A stretch of DNA of 64,000 nt, taken from assembly GCA_964057225.1 (NCBI GenBank), contig CAXKVF010000084.1, positions 248,001 through 312,000 on the forward strand. The letters are read 5' to 3'. Under the pieces are notes generated by a model, which was not told the origin of the DNA, did not search any database, and saw nothing but the letters and a program-made list of their open reading frames with translations. This document shows, piece after piece, positions 39,901 through 55,261 of the stretch (its first letter is position 1; the number at the start of each line of letters is the position of its first letter). The translations under genes and the position numbers were made by a program. The stretch comes from Auanema rhodensis. Its lineage: Eukaryota > Animalia > Nematoda.

Positions 39901-42900
39901 TCACGTGTACATTTAATTAGCATAAATTAAAGTTCACGTAAATTTCAAAGTCATGGTTACCATGAACCAATATCAATAAAAATTTGTTTTTAGACTAATA
40001 TGGACATGGGGAATCTAATTTTGAAAACCGCATCTCTTTATCTTTCACGTGAAGCGAGTTACATACCAAGTGCACATCACGTGTACATTTAATTAGCATA
40101 AATTAAAGTTCACGTAAATGTCAAAGTCATGGTTACCAAGAACCAATATCAATAAAAATTTGTTTTTAGACTAATATGGACATGGGGAATCTAATTTTGA
40201 AAACCGCATCTCTTTATCTTTCACGTGAAGCGAGTTACATACCAAGTGCACATCACGTGTACAATTAATTAGCATAAATTAAAGTTCACGTAAATTTCAA
40301 AGTCATGGTTACCATGAAGCAATATCAATAAAAATTTGTTTTTAGACTAATATGGACATGGGGAATCTAATTTTGAAAACCACATCTCTTTATCTTTCAC
40401 GTGAAGCGAGTTACATACCAAGTGCACATCACGTGTACATTTAATTAGCATAAATTAAAGTTCACGTAAATTTCAAAGTCATGGTTACCATGAACCAATA
40501 TCAATAAAAATTTGTTTTTAGACTAATATGGACATGGGGAATCTAATTTTGAAAACCGCATCTCTTTATCTTTCACGTGAAGCGAGTTACATACCAAGTG
40601 CACATCACGTGTACATTTAATTAGCATAAATTAAAGTTCACGTAAATTTCAAAGTCATGGTTACCATGAACCAATATCAATAAAAATTTGTTTTTAGACT
40701 AATATGGACATGGGGAATCTAATTTTGAAAACCGCATCTCTTTATCTTTCACGTGAAGCGAGTTACATACCAAGTGCACATCACGTGTACATTTAATTAG
40801 CATAAATTAAAGTTCACGTAAATGTCAAAGTCATGGTTACCAAGAACCAATATCAATAAAAATTTGTTTTTAGACTAATATGGACATGGGGAATCTAATT
40901 TTGAAAACCGCATCTCTTTATCTTTCACGTGAAGCGAGTTACATACCAAGTGCACATCACGTGTACATTTAATTAGCATAAATTAAAGTTCACGTAAATT
41001 TCAAAGTCATGGTTACCATGCACCAATATCAATAAAAATTTGTTTTTAGACTAATATGGACATGGGGAATCTAATTTTGAAAACCGCATCTCTTTATCTT
41101 TCACGTGAAGCGAGTTACATACCAAGTGCACATCACGTGTACATTTAATTAGCATAAATTAAAGTTCACGTAAATTTCAAAGTCATGGTTACCATGAACC
41201 AATATCAATAAAAATTTGTTTTTAGACTAATATGGACATGGGGAATCTAATTTTGAAAACCGCATTTCTTTATCTTTCACGTGAAGCGAGTTACATATCA
41301 AGTGCACATCACGTGTACATTTAATTAGCATAAATTAAAGTTCACGTAAAATTCAAAGTCATGGTTACCATGAACCAATATCAATAAAAATTTGTTTTTA
41401 GACTAATATGGACATGGGGAATCTAATTTTGAAAACCGCATCTCTTTATCTTTCACGTGAAGCGAGTTACATACCAAGTGCACATCACGTGTACATTTAA
41501 TTAGCATAAATTAAAGTTCACGTAAATTTCAAAGTCATGGTTACCATGAACCAATATCAATAAAAATTTGTTTTTAGACTAATATGGACATGGGGAATCT
41601 AATTTTGAAAACCGCATCTCTTTATCTTTCACGTGAAGCGAGTTACATACCAAGTGCACATCACGTGTACATTTAATTAGCATAAATTAAAGTTCACGTA
41701 AATTTCAAAGTCATGGTTACCATGAACCAATATCAATAAAAATTTGTTTTTAGACTAATATGGACATGGGGAATCTAATTTTAAAAACCGCATCTCTTTA
41801 TCTTTCACGTGAAGCGAGTTACATACCAAGTGCACATCACGTGTACATTTAATTAGCATAAATTAAAGTTCACGTAAATTTCAAAGTCATGGTTACCATG
41901 CACCAATATCAATAAAAATTTGTTTTTAGACTAATATGGACATGGGGAATCTAATTTTGAAAACCGCATCTCTTTATCTTTCACGTGAAGCGAGTTACAT
42001 ACCAAGTGCACATCACGTGTACATTTAATTAGCATAAATTAAAGTTCACGTAAATTTCAAAGTCATGGTTACCAAGAACCAATATCAATAAAAATTTGTT
42101 TTTAGACTAATATGGACATGGGGAATCTAATTTTGAAAACCGCATCTCTTCATCTTTCACGTGAAGCGAGTTACATACCAAGTGCACATCACGTGTACAT
42201 TTAATTAGCATAAATTAAAGTTCACGTAAATTTCAAAGTCATGGTTACCATGCACCAATATCAATAAAAATTTGTTTTTAGACTAATATGGACATGGGGA
42301 ATCTAATTTTGAAAACCGCATCTCTTTATCTTTCACGTGAAGCGAGTTACATACCAAGTGCACATCACGTGTACATTTAATTAGCATAAATTAAAGTTCA
42401 CGTAAATTTCAAAGTCATGGTTACCATGCACCAATATCAATAAAAATTTGTTTTTAGACTAATATGGACATGGGGAATCTAATTTTGAAAACCACATCTC
42501 TTTATCTTTCACGTGAAGCGAGTTACATACCAAGTGCACATCACGTGTACATTTAATTAGCATAAATTAAAGTTCACGTAAATTTCAAAGTCATGGTTAC
42601 CATGAACCAATATCAATAAAAATTTGTTTTTAGACTAATATGGACATGGGGAATCTAATTTTGAAAACCGCATCTCTTTATCTTTCACGTGAAGCGAGTT
42701 ACATACCAAGTGCACATCACGTGTACATTTAATTAGCATAAATTAAAGTTCACGTAAATTTCAAAGTCATGGTTACCATGCACCAATATCAATAAAAATT
42801 TGTTTTTAGACTAATATGGACATGGGGAATCTAATTTTGAAAACCGCATCTCTTTATCTTTCACGTGAAGCGAGTTACATACCAAGTGCACATCACGTGT

Positions 42901-45900
42901 ACAATTAATTAGCATAAATTAAAGTTCACGTAAATTTCAAAGTCATGGTTACCATGAAGCAATATCAATAAAAATTTGTTTTTAGACTAATATGGACATG
43001 GGGAATCTAATTTTGAAAACCACATCTCTTTATCTTTCACGTGAAGCGAGTTACATACCAAGTGCACATCACGTGTACATTTAATTAGCATAAATTAAAG
43101 TTCACGTAAATTTCAAAGTCATGGTTACCATGAACCAATATCAATAAAAATTTGTTTTTAGACTAATATGGACATGGGGAATCTAATTTTGAAAACCGCA
43201 TCTCTTTATCTTTCACGTGAAGCGAGTTACATACCAAGTGCACATCACGTGTACATTTAATTAGCATAAATTAAAGTTCACGTAAATTTCAAAGTCATGG
43301 TTACCATGCACCAATATCAATAAAAATTTGTTTTTAGACTAATATGGACATGGGGAATCTAATTTTGAAAACCACATCTCTTTATCTTTCACGTGAAGCG
43401 AGTTACATACCAAGTGCACATCACGTGTACATTTAATTAGCATAAATTAAAGTTCACGTAAATTTCAAAGTCATGGTTACCATGAACCAATATCAATAAA
43501 AATTTGTTTTTAGACTAATATGGACATGGGGAATCTAATTTTGAAAACCGCATCTCTTTATCTTTCACGTGAAGCGAGTTACATACCAAGTGCACATCAC
43601 GTGTACATTTAATTAGCATAAATTAAAGTTCACGTAAATTTCAAAGTCATGGTTACCATGCACCAATATCAATAAAAATTTGTTTTTAGACTAATATGGA
43701 CATGGGGAATCTAATTTTGAAAACCGCATCTCTTTATCTTTCACGTGAAGCGAGTTACATACCAAGTGCACATCACGTGTACAATTAATTAGCATAAATT
43801 AAAGTTCACGTAAATTTCAAAGTCATGGTTACCATGAAGCAATATCAATAAAAATTTGTTTTTAGACTAATATGGACATGGGGAATCTAATTTTGAAAAC
43901 CACATCTCTTTATCTTTCACGTGAAGCGAGTTACATACCAAGTGCACATCACGTGTACATTTAATTAGCATAAATTAAAGTTCACGTAAATTTCAAAGTC
44001 ATGGTTACCATGAACCAATATCAATAAAAATTTGTTTTTAGACTAATATGGACATGGGGAATCTAATTTTGAAAACCGCATCTCTTTATCTTTCACGTGA
44101 AGCGAGTTACATACCAAGTGCACATCACGTGTACATTTAATTAGCATAAATTAAAGTTCACGTAAATTTCAAAGTCATGGTTACCATGAACTAATATCAA
44201 TAAAAATTTGTTTTTAGACTAATATGGACATGGGGAATCTAATTTTGAAAACCGCATCTCTTTATCTTTCACGTGAAGCGAGTTACATACCAAGTGCACA
44301 TCACGTGTACATTTAATTAGCATAAATTAAAGTTCACGTAAATTTCAAAGTCATGGTTACCATGAACCAATATCAATAAAAATTTGTTTTTAGACTAATA
44401 TGGACATGGGGAATCTAATTTTGAAAACCGCATCTCTTTATCTTTCACGTGAAGCGAGTTACATACCAAGTGCACATCACGTGTACATTTAATTAGCATA
44501 AATTAAAGTTCACGTAAATTTCAAAGTCATGGTTACCATGAACCAATATCAATAAAAATTTGTTTTTAGACTAATATGGACATGGGGAATCTAATTTTGA
44601 AAACCGCATCTCTTTATCTTTCACGTGAAGCGAGTTACATACCAAGTGCACATCACGTGTACATTTAATTAGCATAAATTAAAGTTCACGTAAATGTCAA
44701 AGTCATGGTTACCAAGAACCAATATCAATAAAAATTTGTTTTTAGACTAATATGGACATGGGGAATCTAATTTTGAAAACCGCATCTCTTTATCTTTCAC
44801 GTGAAGCGAGTTACATACCAAGTGCACATCACGTGTACATTTAATTAGCATAAATTAAAGTTCACGTAAATTTCAAAGTCATGGTTACCATGCACCAATA
44901 TCAATAAAAATTTGTTTTTAGACTAATATGGACATGGGGAATCTAATTTTGAAAACCGCATCTCTTTATCTTTCACGTGAAGCGAGTTACATACCAAGTG
45001 CACATCACGTGTACATTTAATTAGCATAAATTAAAGTTCACGTAAATTTCAAAGTCATGGTTACCATGCACCAATATCAATAAAAATTTGTTTTTAGACT
45101 AATATGGACATGGGGAATCTAATTTTGAAAACCGCATCTCTTTATCTTTCACGTGAAGCGAGTTACATACCAAGTGCACATCACGTGTACATTTAATTAG
45201 CATAAATTAAAGTTCACGTAAATTTCAAAGTCATGGTTACCATGAACCAATATCAATAAAAATTTGTTTTTAGACTAATATGGACATGGGGAATCTAATT
45301 TTGAAAACCGCATCTCTTCATCTTTCACGTGAAGCGAGTTACATACCAAGTGCACATCACGTGTACATTTAATTAGCATAAATTAAAGTTCACGTAAATT
45401 TCAAAGTCATGGTTACCATGCACCAATATCAATAAAAATTTGTTTTTAGACTAATATGGACATGGGGAATCTAATTTTGAAAACCGCATCTCTTTATCTT
45501 TCACGTGAAGCGAGTTACATACCAAGTGCACATCACGTGTACATTTAATTAGCATAAATTAAAGTTCACGTAAATTTCAAAGTCATGGTTACCATGCACC
45601 AATATCAATAAAAATTTGTTTTTAGACTAATATGGACATGGGGAATCTAATTTTGAAAACCGCATCTCTTTATCTTTCACGTGAAGCGAGTTACATACCA
45701 AGTGCACATCACGTGTACATTTAATTAGCATAAATTAAAGTTCACGTAAATTTCAAAGTCATGGTTACCATGAACCAATATCAATAAAAATTTGTTTTTA
45801 GACTAATATGGACATGGGGAATCTAATTTTGAAAACCGCATCTCTTCATCTTTCACGTGAAGCGAGTTACATACCAAGTGCACATCACGTGTACATTTAA

Positions 45901-48900
45901 TTAGCATAAATTAAAGTTCACGTATATTTCAAAGTCATGGTTACCATGAACTAATATCAATAAAAATTTGTTTTTAGACTAATATGGACATGGGGAATCT
46001 AATTTTGAAAACCGCATCTCTTTATCTTTCACGTGAAGCGAGTTACATACCAAGTGCACATCACGTGTACATTTAATTAGCATAAATTAAAGTTCACGTA
46101 TATTTCAAAGTCATGGTTACCATGAACCAATATCAATAAAAATTTGTTTTTAGACTAATATGGACATGGGGAATCTAATTTTGAAAACCGCATCTCTTTA
46201 TCTTTCACGTGAAGCGAGTTACATACCAAGTGCACATCACGTGTACATTTAATTAGCATAAATTAAAGTTCACGTATATTTCAAAGTCATGGTTACCATG
46301 AACTAATATCAATAAAAATTTGTTTTTAGACTAATATGGACATGGGGAATCTAATTTTGAAAACCGCATCTCTTCATCTTTCACGTGAAGCGAGTTACAT
46401 ACCAAGTGCACATCACGTGTACATTTAATTAGCATAAATTAAAGTTCACGTATATTTCAAAGTCATGGTTACCATGAACTAATATCAATAAAAATTTGTT
46501 TTTAGACTAATATGGACATGGGGAATCTAATTTTGAAAACCGCATCTCTTTATCTTTCACGTGAAGCGAGTTACATACCAAGTGCACATCACGTGTACAT
46601 TTAATTAGCATAAATTAAAGTTCACGTAAATTTCAAAGTCATGGTTACCATGAACCAATATCAATAAAAATTTGTTTTTAGACTAATATGGACATGGGGA
46701 ATCTAATTTTGAAAACCGCATCTCTTTATCTTTCACGTGAAGCGAGTTACATACCAAGTGCACATCACGTGTACATTTAATTAGCATAAATTAAAGTTCA
46801 CGTATATTTCAAAGTCATGGTTACCATGAACCAATATCAATAAAAATTTGTTTTTAGACTAATATGGACATGGGGAATCTAATTTTAAAAACCGCATCTC
46901 TTTATCTTTCACGTGAAGCGAGTTACATACCAAGTGCACATCACGTGTACATTTAATTAGCATAAATTAAAGTTCACGTAAATTTCAAAGTCATGGTTAC
47001 CATGCACCAATATCAATAAAAATTTGTTTTTAGACTAATATGGACATGGGGAATCTAATTTTGAAAACCGCATCTCTTTATCTTTCACGTGAAGCGAGTT
47101 ACATACCAAGTGCACATCACGTGTACATTTAATTAGCATAAATTAAAGTTCACGTAAATTTCAAAGTCATGGTTACCAAGAACCAATATCAATAAAAATT
47201 TGTTTTTAGACTAATATGGACATGGGGAATCTAATTTTGAAAACCGCATCTCTTCATCTTTCACGTGAAGCGAGTTACATACCAAGTGCACATCACGTGT
47301 ACATTTAATTAGCATAAATTAAAGTTCACGTAAATTTCAAAGTCATGGTTACCATGCACCAATATCAATAAAAATTTGTTTTTAGACTAATATGGACATG
47401 GGGAATCTAATTTTGAAAACCGCATCTCTTTATCTTTCACGTGAAGCGAGTTACATACCAAGTGCACATCACGTGTACATTTAATTAGCATAAATTAAAG
47501 TTCACGTAAATTTCAAAGTCATGGTTACCATGCACCAATATCAATAAAAATTTGTTTTTAGACTAATATGGACATGGGGAATCTAATTTTGAAAACCACA
47601 TCTCTTTATCTTTCACGTGAAGCGAGTTACATACCAAGTGCACATCACGTGTACATTTAATTAGCATAAATTAAAGTTCACGTAAATTTCAAAGTCATGG
47701 TTACCATGAACCAATATCAATAAAAATTTGTTTTTAGACTAATATGGACATGGGGAATCTAATTTTGAAAACCGCATCTCTTTATCTTTCACGTGAAGCG
47801 AGTTACATACCAAGTGCACATCACGTGTACATTTAATTAGCATAAATTAAAGTTCACGTAAATTTCAAAGTCATGGTTACCATGCACCAATATCAATAAA
47901 AATTTGTTTTTAGACTAATATGGACATGGGGAATCTAATTTTGAAAACCGCATCTCTTTATCTTTCACGTGAAGCGAGTTACATACCAAGTGCACATCAC
48001 GTGTACAATTAATTAGCATAAATTAAAGTTCACGTAAATTTCAAAGTCATGGTTACCATGAAGCAATATCAATAAAAATTTGTTTTTAGACTAATATGGA
48101 CATGGGGAATCTAATTTTGAAAACCACATCTCTTTATCTTTCACGTGAAGCGAGTTACATACCAAGTGCACATCACGTGTACATTTAATTAGCATAAATT
48201 AAAGTTCACGTAAATTTCAAAGTCATGGTTACCATGAACCAATATCAATAAAAATTTGTTTTTAGACTAATATGGACATGGGGAATCTAATTTTGAAAAC
48301 CGCATCTCTTTATCTTTCACGTGAAGCGAGTTACATACCAAGTGCACATCACGTGTACATTTAATTAGCATAAATTAAAGTTCACGTAAATTTCAAAGTC
48401 ATGGTTACCATGCACCAATATCAATAAAAATTTGTTTTTAGACTAATATGGACATGGGGAATCTAATTTTGAAAACCACATCTCTTTATCTTTCACGTGA
48501 AGCGAGTTACATACCAAGTGCACATCACGTGTACATTTAATTAGCATAAATTAAAGTTCACGTAAATTTCAAAGTCATGGTTACCATGAACCAATATCAA
48601 TAAAAATTTGTTTTTAGACTAATATGGACATGGGGAATCTAATTTTGAAAACCGCATCTCTTTATCTTTCACGTGAAGCGAGTTACATACCAAGTGCACA
48701 TCACGTGTACATTTAATTAGCATAAATTAAAGTTCACGTAAATTTCAAAGTCATGGTTACCATGCACCAATATCAATAAAAATTTGTTTTTAGACTAATA
48801 TGGACATGGGGAATCTAATTTTGAAAACCGCATCTCTTTATCTTTCACGTGAAGCGAGTTACATACCAAGTGCACATCACGTGTACAATTAATTAGCATA

Positions 48901-51037
48901 AATTAAAGTTCACGTAAATTTCAAAGTCATGGTTACCATGAAGCAATATCAATAAAAATTTGTTTTTAGACTAATATGGACATGGGGAATCTAATTTTGA
49001 AAACCACATCTCTTTATCTTTCACGTGAAGCGAGTTACATACCAAGTGCACATCACGTGTACATTTAATTAGCATAAATTAAAGTTCACGTAAATTTCAA
49101 AGTCATGGTTACCATGAACCAATATCAATAAAAATTTGTTTTTAGACTAATATGGACATGGGGAATCTAATTTTGAAAACCGCATCTCTTTATCTTTCAC
49201 GTGAAGCGAGTTACATACCAAGTGCACATCACGTGTACATTTAATTAGCATAAATTAAAGTTCACGTAAATTTCAAAGTCATGGTTACCATGAACTAATA
49301 TCAATAAAAATTTGTTTTTAGACTAATATGGACATGGGGAATCTAATTTTGAAAACCGCATCTCTTTATCTTTCACGTGAAGCGAGTTACATACCAAGTG
49401 CACATCACGTGTACATTTAATTAGCATAAATTAAAGTTCACGTAAATTTCAAAGTCATGGTTACCATGAACCAATATCAATAAAAATTTGTTTTTAGACT
49501 AATATGGACATGGGGAATCTAATTTTGAAAACCGCATCTCTTTATCTTTCACGTGAAGCGAGTTACATACCAAGTGCACATCACGTGTACATTTAATTAG
49601 CATAAATTAAAGTTCACGTAAATTTCAAAGTCATGGTTACCATGAACCAATATCAATAAAAATTTGTTTTTAGACTAATATGGACATGGGGAATCTAATT
49701 TTGAAAACCGCATCTCTTTATCTTTCACGTGAAGCGAGTTACATACCAAGTGCACATCACGTGTACATTTAATTAGCATAAATTAAAGTTCACGTAAATG
49801 TCAAAGTCATGGTTACCAAGAACCAATATCAATAAAAATTTGTTTTTAGACTAATATGGACATGGGGAATCTAATTTTGAAAACCGCATCTCTTTATCTT
49901 TCACGTGAAGCGAGTTACATACCAAGTGCACATCACGTGTACATTTAATTAGCATAAATTAAAGTTCACGTAAATTTCAAAGTCATGGTTACCATGCACC
50001 AATATCAATAAAAATTTGTTTTTAGACTAATATGGACATGGGGAATCTAATTTTGAAAACCGCATCTCTTTATCTTTCACGTGAAGCGAGTTACATACCA
50101 AGTGCACATCACGTGTACATTTAATTAGCATAAATTAAAGTTCACGTAAATTTCAAAGTCATGGTTACCATGCACCAATATCAATAAAAATTTGTTTTTA
50201 GACTAATATGGACATGGGGAATCTAATTTTGAAAACCGCATCTCTTTATCTTTCACGTGAAGCGAGTTACATACCAAGTGCACATCACGTGTACATTTAA
50301 TTAGCATAAATTAAAGTTCACGTAAATTTCAAAGTCATGGTTACCATGAACCAATATCAATAAAAATTTGTTTTTAGACTAATATGGACATGGGGAATCT
50401 AATTTTGAAAACCGCATCTCTTCATCTTTCACGTGAAGCGAGTTACATACCAAGTGCACATCACGTGTACATTTAATTAGCATAAATTAAAGTTCACGTA
50501 AATTTCAAAGTCATGGTTACCATGCACCAATATCAATAAAAATTTGTTTTTAGACTAATATGGACATGGGGAATCTAATTTTGAAAACCGCATCTCTTTA
50601 TCTTTCACGTGAAGCGAGTTACATACCAAGTGCACATCACGTGTACATTTAATTAGCATAAATTAAAGTTCACGTAAATTTCAAAGTCATGGTTACCATG
50701 CACCAATATCAATAAAAATTTGTTTTTAGACTAATATGGACATGGGGAATCTAATTTTGAAAACCGCATCTCTTTATCTTTCACGTGAAGCGAGTTACAT
50801 ACCAAGTGCACATCACGTGTACATTTAATTAGCATAAATTAAAGTTCACGTAAATTTCAAAGTCATGGTTACCATGAACCAATATCAATAAAAATTTGTT
50901 TTTAGACTAATATGGACATGGGGAATCTAATTTTGAAAACCGCATCTCTTCATCTTTCACGTGAAGCGAGTTACATACCAAGTGCACATCACGTGTACAT
51001 TTAATTAGCATAAATTAAAGTTCACGTAAATTTCAAA
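33966..51037 (+). repeat. Variable-length higher-order repeat domain, four related copies (22-, 19- and 29-monomer spacing)
   Basis: The signature G74A / C16 / T14A+T90C / C16 / G81A / A16 / T139A starts at 34494, 38366, 41710 and 46814. C85T+C117T+T170A monomers start at 33966, 37838 and 41182. Confidence 0.85.
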
Positions 51038-51741
51038 GTCATGGTTACCATGAAGCAATATTAATAAAAATTTGTTTTTAGACTAATATGGACATGGGGA
51101 ATCTAATTTTGAAAACCACATCTCTTTATCTTTCACGTGAAGCGAGTTACATACCAAGTGCACATCACGTGTACATTTAATTAGCATAAATTAAAGTTCA
51201 CGTAAATTTCAAAGTCATGGTTACCATGAACCAATATCAATAAAAATTTGTTTTTAGACTAATATGGACATGGGGAATCTAATTTTGAAAACCGCATCTC
51301 TTCATCTTTCACGTGAAGCGAGTTACATACCAAGTGCACATCACGTGTACATTTAATTAGCATAAATTAAAGTTCACGTATATTTCAAAGTCATGGTTAC
51401 CATGAACTAATATCAATAAAAATTTGTTTTTAGACTAATATGGACATGGGGAATCTAATTTTGAAAACCGCATCTCTTTATCTTTCACGTGAAGCGAGTT
51501 ACATACCAAGTGCACATCACGTGTACATTTAATTAGCATAAATTAAAGTTCACGTAAATTTCAAAGTCATGGTTACCATGAACCAATATCAATAAAAATT
51601 TGTTTTTAGACTAATATGGACATGGGGAATCTAATTTTGAAAACCGCATCTCTTTATCTTTCACGTGAAGCGAGTTACATACCAAGTGCACATCACGTGT
51701 ACATTTAATTAGCATAAATTAAAGTTCACGTAAATTTCAAA

Positions 51742-52973
51742 GTCATGGTTACCATGATGCAATATCAATAAAAATTTGTTTTTAGACTAATACGGACATG
51801 GGGAATCTAATTTTGAAAACCGCATCTCTTTATCTTTCACGTGAAGCGAGTTACATACCAAGTGCACATCACGTGTACATTTAATTAGCATAAATTAAAG
51901 TTCACGTAAATTTCAAAGTCATGGTTACCATGCACCAATATCAATAAAAATTTGTTTTTAGACTAATATGGACATGGGGAATCTAATTTTGAAAACCGCA
52001 TCTCTTTATCTTTCACGTGAAGCGAGTTACATACCAAGTGCACATCACGTGTACAATTAATTAGCATGAATTAAAGTTCACGTAAATTTCAAAGTCATGG
52101 TTACCATGAAGCAATATCAATAAAAATTTGTTTTTAGACTAATATGGACATGGGGAATCTAATTTTGAAAACCGCATTTCTTTATCTTTCACGTGAAGCG
52201 AGTTACATACCAAGTGCACATCACGTGTACATTTAATTAGCATAAATTAAAGTTCACGTAAATTTCAAAGTCATGGTTACCATGAAGCAATATCAATAAA
52301 AATTTGTTTTTAGACTAATATGGACATGGGGAATCTAATTTTGAAAACCGCATCTCTTTATCTTTCATGTGAAGCGAGTTACATACCAAGTGCACATCAC
52401 GTGTACATTTAATTAGCATAAATTAAAGTTCACGTAAATTTCAAAGTCATGGTTACCATGATGCAATATCAATAAAAATTTGTTTTTAGACTAATACGGA
52501 CATGGGGAATCTAATTTTGAAAACCGCATCTCTTTATCTTTCACGTGAAGCGAGTTACATACCAAGTGCACATCACGTGTACATTTAATTAGCATAAATT
52601 AAAGTTCACGTAAATTTCAAAGTCATGGTTACCATGCACCAATATCAATAAAAATTTGTTTTTAGACTAATATGGACATGGGGAATCTAATTTTGAAAAC
52701 CGCATCTCTTTATCTTTCACGTGAAGCGAGTTACATACCAAGTGCACATCACGTGTACAATTAATTAGCATGAATTAAAGTTCACGTAAATTTCAAAGTC
52801 ATGGTTACCATGAAGCAATATCAATAAAAATTTGTTTTTAGACTAATATGGACATGGGGAATCTAATTTTGAAAACCGCATTTCTTTATCTTTCACGTGA
52901 AGCGAGTTACATACCAAGTGCACATCACGTGTACATTTAATTAGCATAAATTAAAGTTCACGTAAAATTCAAA
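51742..52973 (+). repeat. 4-monomer-offset (704 bp) duplication
   Basis: A17T+C18G+T52C monomers at 51742 and 52446 are each followed by T139A+A151G and then C18G+C85T. Confidence 0.85.
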
Positions 52974-55261
52974 GTCATGGTTACCATGAACCAATATCAA
53001 TAAAAATTTGTTTTTAGACTAAAATGGACATGGGGAATCTAATTTTGAAAACCGCATCTCTTTATCTTTCACGTGAAGCGAGTTACATACCAAGTGCACA
53101 TCACGTGTACATTTAATTAGCATTAATTAAAGTTCACGTAAATTTCAAAGTCATGGTTACCATGAACCAATATCAATAAAAATTTGTTTTTAGACTAATA
53201 TGGACATGGGGAATCTAATTTTGAAAACCGCATCTCTTTATCTTTCACGTGAAGCGAGTTACATACCAAGTGCACATCACGTGTACATTTAATTAGCATA
53301 AATTAAAGTTCACGTATATTTCAAAGTCATGGTTACCATGAACTAATATCAATAAAAATTTGTTTTTAGACTAATATGGACATGGGGAATCTAATTTTGA
53401 AAACCGCATCTCTTTATCTTTCACGTGAAGCGAGTTACATACCAAGTGCACATCACGTGTACATTTAATTAGCATAAATTAAAGTTCACGTAAATTTCAA
53501 AGTCATGGTTACCATGAACCAATATCAATAAAAATTTGTTTTTAGACTAATATGGACATGGGGAATCTAATTTTGAAAACCGCATCTCTTTATCTTTCAC
53601 GTGAAGCGAGTTACATACCAAGTGCACATCACGTGTACATTTAATTAGCATAAATTAAAGTTCACGTAAATTTCAAAGTCATGGTTACCATGCACCAATA
53701 TCAATAAAAATTTGTTTTTAGACTAATATGGACATGGGGAATCTAATTTTGAAAACCGCATCTCTTTTTCTTTCACGTGAAGCGAGTTACATACCAAGTG
53801 CACATCACGTGTACATTTAATTAGCATAAATTAAAGTTCACGTAAATTTCAAAGTCATGGTTACCATGCACCAATATCAATAAAAATTTGTTTTTAGACT
53901 AATATGGACATGGGGAATCTAATTTTGAAAACCGCATCTCTTTATCTTTCACGTGAAGCGAGTTACATACCAAGTGCACATCACGTGTACAATTAATTAG
54001 CATTAATTAAAGTTCACGTAAATTTCAAAGTCATGGTTACCATGAAGCAATATCAATAAAAATTTGTTTTTAGACTAATATGGACATGGGGAATCTAATT
54101 TTGAAAACCACATCTCTTTATCTTTCACGTGAAGCGAGTTACATACCAAGTGCACATCACGTGTATATTTAATTAGCATAAATTAAAGTTCACGTAAATT
54201 TCAAAGTCATGGTTACCATGAACCAATATCAATAAAAATTTGTTTTTAGACTAATATGGACATGGGGAATCTAATTTTGAAAACCGCATCTCTTTATCTT
54301 TCACGTGAAGCGAGTTACATACCAAGTGCACATCACGTGTACAATTAATTAGCATTAATTAAAGTTCACGTAAATTTCAAAGTCATGGTTACCATGAAGC
54401 AATATCAATAAAAATTTGTTTTTAGACTAATATGGACATGGGGAATCTAATTTTGAAAACCACATCTCTTTATCTTTCACGTGAAGCGAGTTACATACCA
54501 AGTGCACATCACGTGTATATTTAATTAGCATAAATTAAAGTTCACGTAAATTTCAAAGTCATGGTTACCATGAACCAATATCAATAAAAATTTGTTTTTA
54601 GACTAATATGGACATGGGGAATCTAATTTTGAAAACCGCATCTCTTTATCTTTCACGTGAAGCGAGTTACATACCAAGTGCACATCACGTGTACATTTAA
54701 TTAGCATAAATTAAAGTTCACGTAAATTTCAAAGTCATGGTTACCATGCACCAATATCAATAAAAATTTGTTTTTAGACTAATATGGACATGGGGAATCT
54801 AATTTTGAAAACCGCATCTCTTTATCTTTCACGTGAAGCGAGTTACATACCAAGTGCACATCACGTGTACAATTAATTAGCATAAATTAAAGTTCACGTA
54901 AATTTCAAAGTCATGGTTACCATGAAGCAATATCAATAAAAATTTGTTTTTAGACTAATATGGACATGGGGAATCTAATTTTGAAAACCACATCTCTTTA
55001 TCTTTCACGTGAAGCGAGTTACATACCAAGTGCACATCACGTGTACATTTAATTAGCATAAATTAAAGTTCACGTAAATTTCAAAGTCATGGTTACCATG
55101 AACCAATATCAATAAAAATTTGTTTTTAGACTAATATGGACATGGGGAATCTAATTTTGAAAACCGCATCTCTTTATCTTTCACGTGAAGCGAGTTACAT
55201 ACCAAGTGCACATCACGTGTACATTTAATTAGCATAAATTAAAGTTCACGTAAATTTCAAA

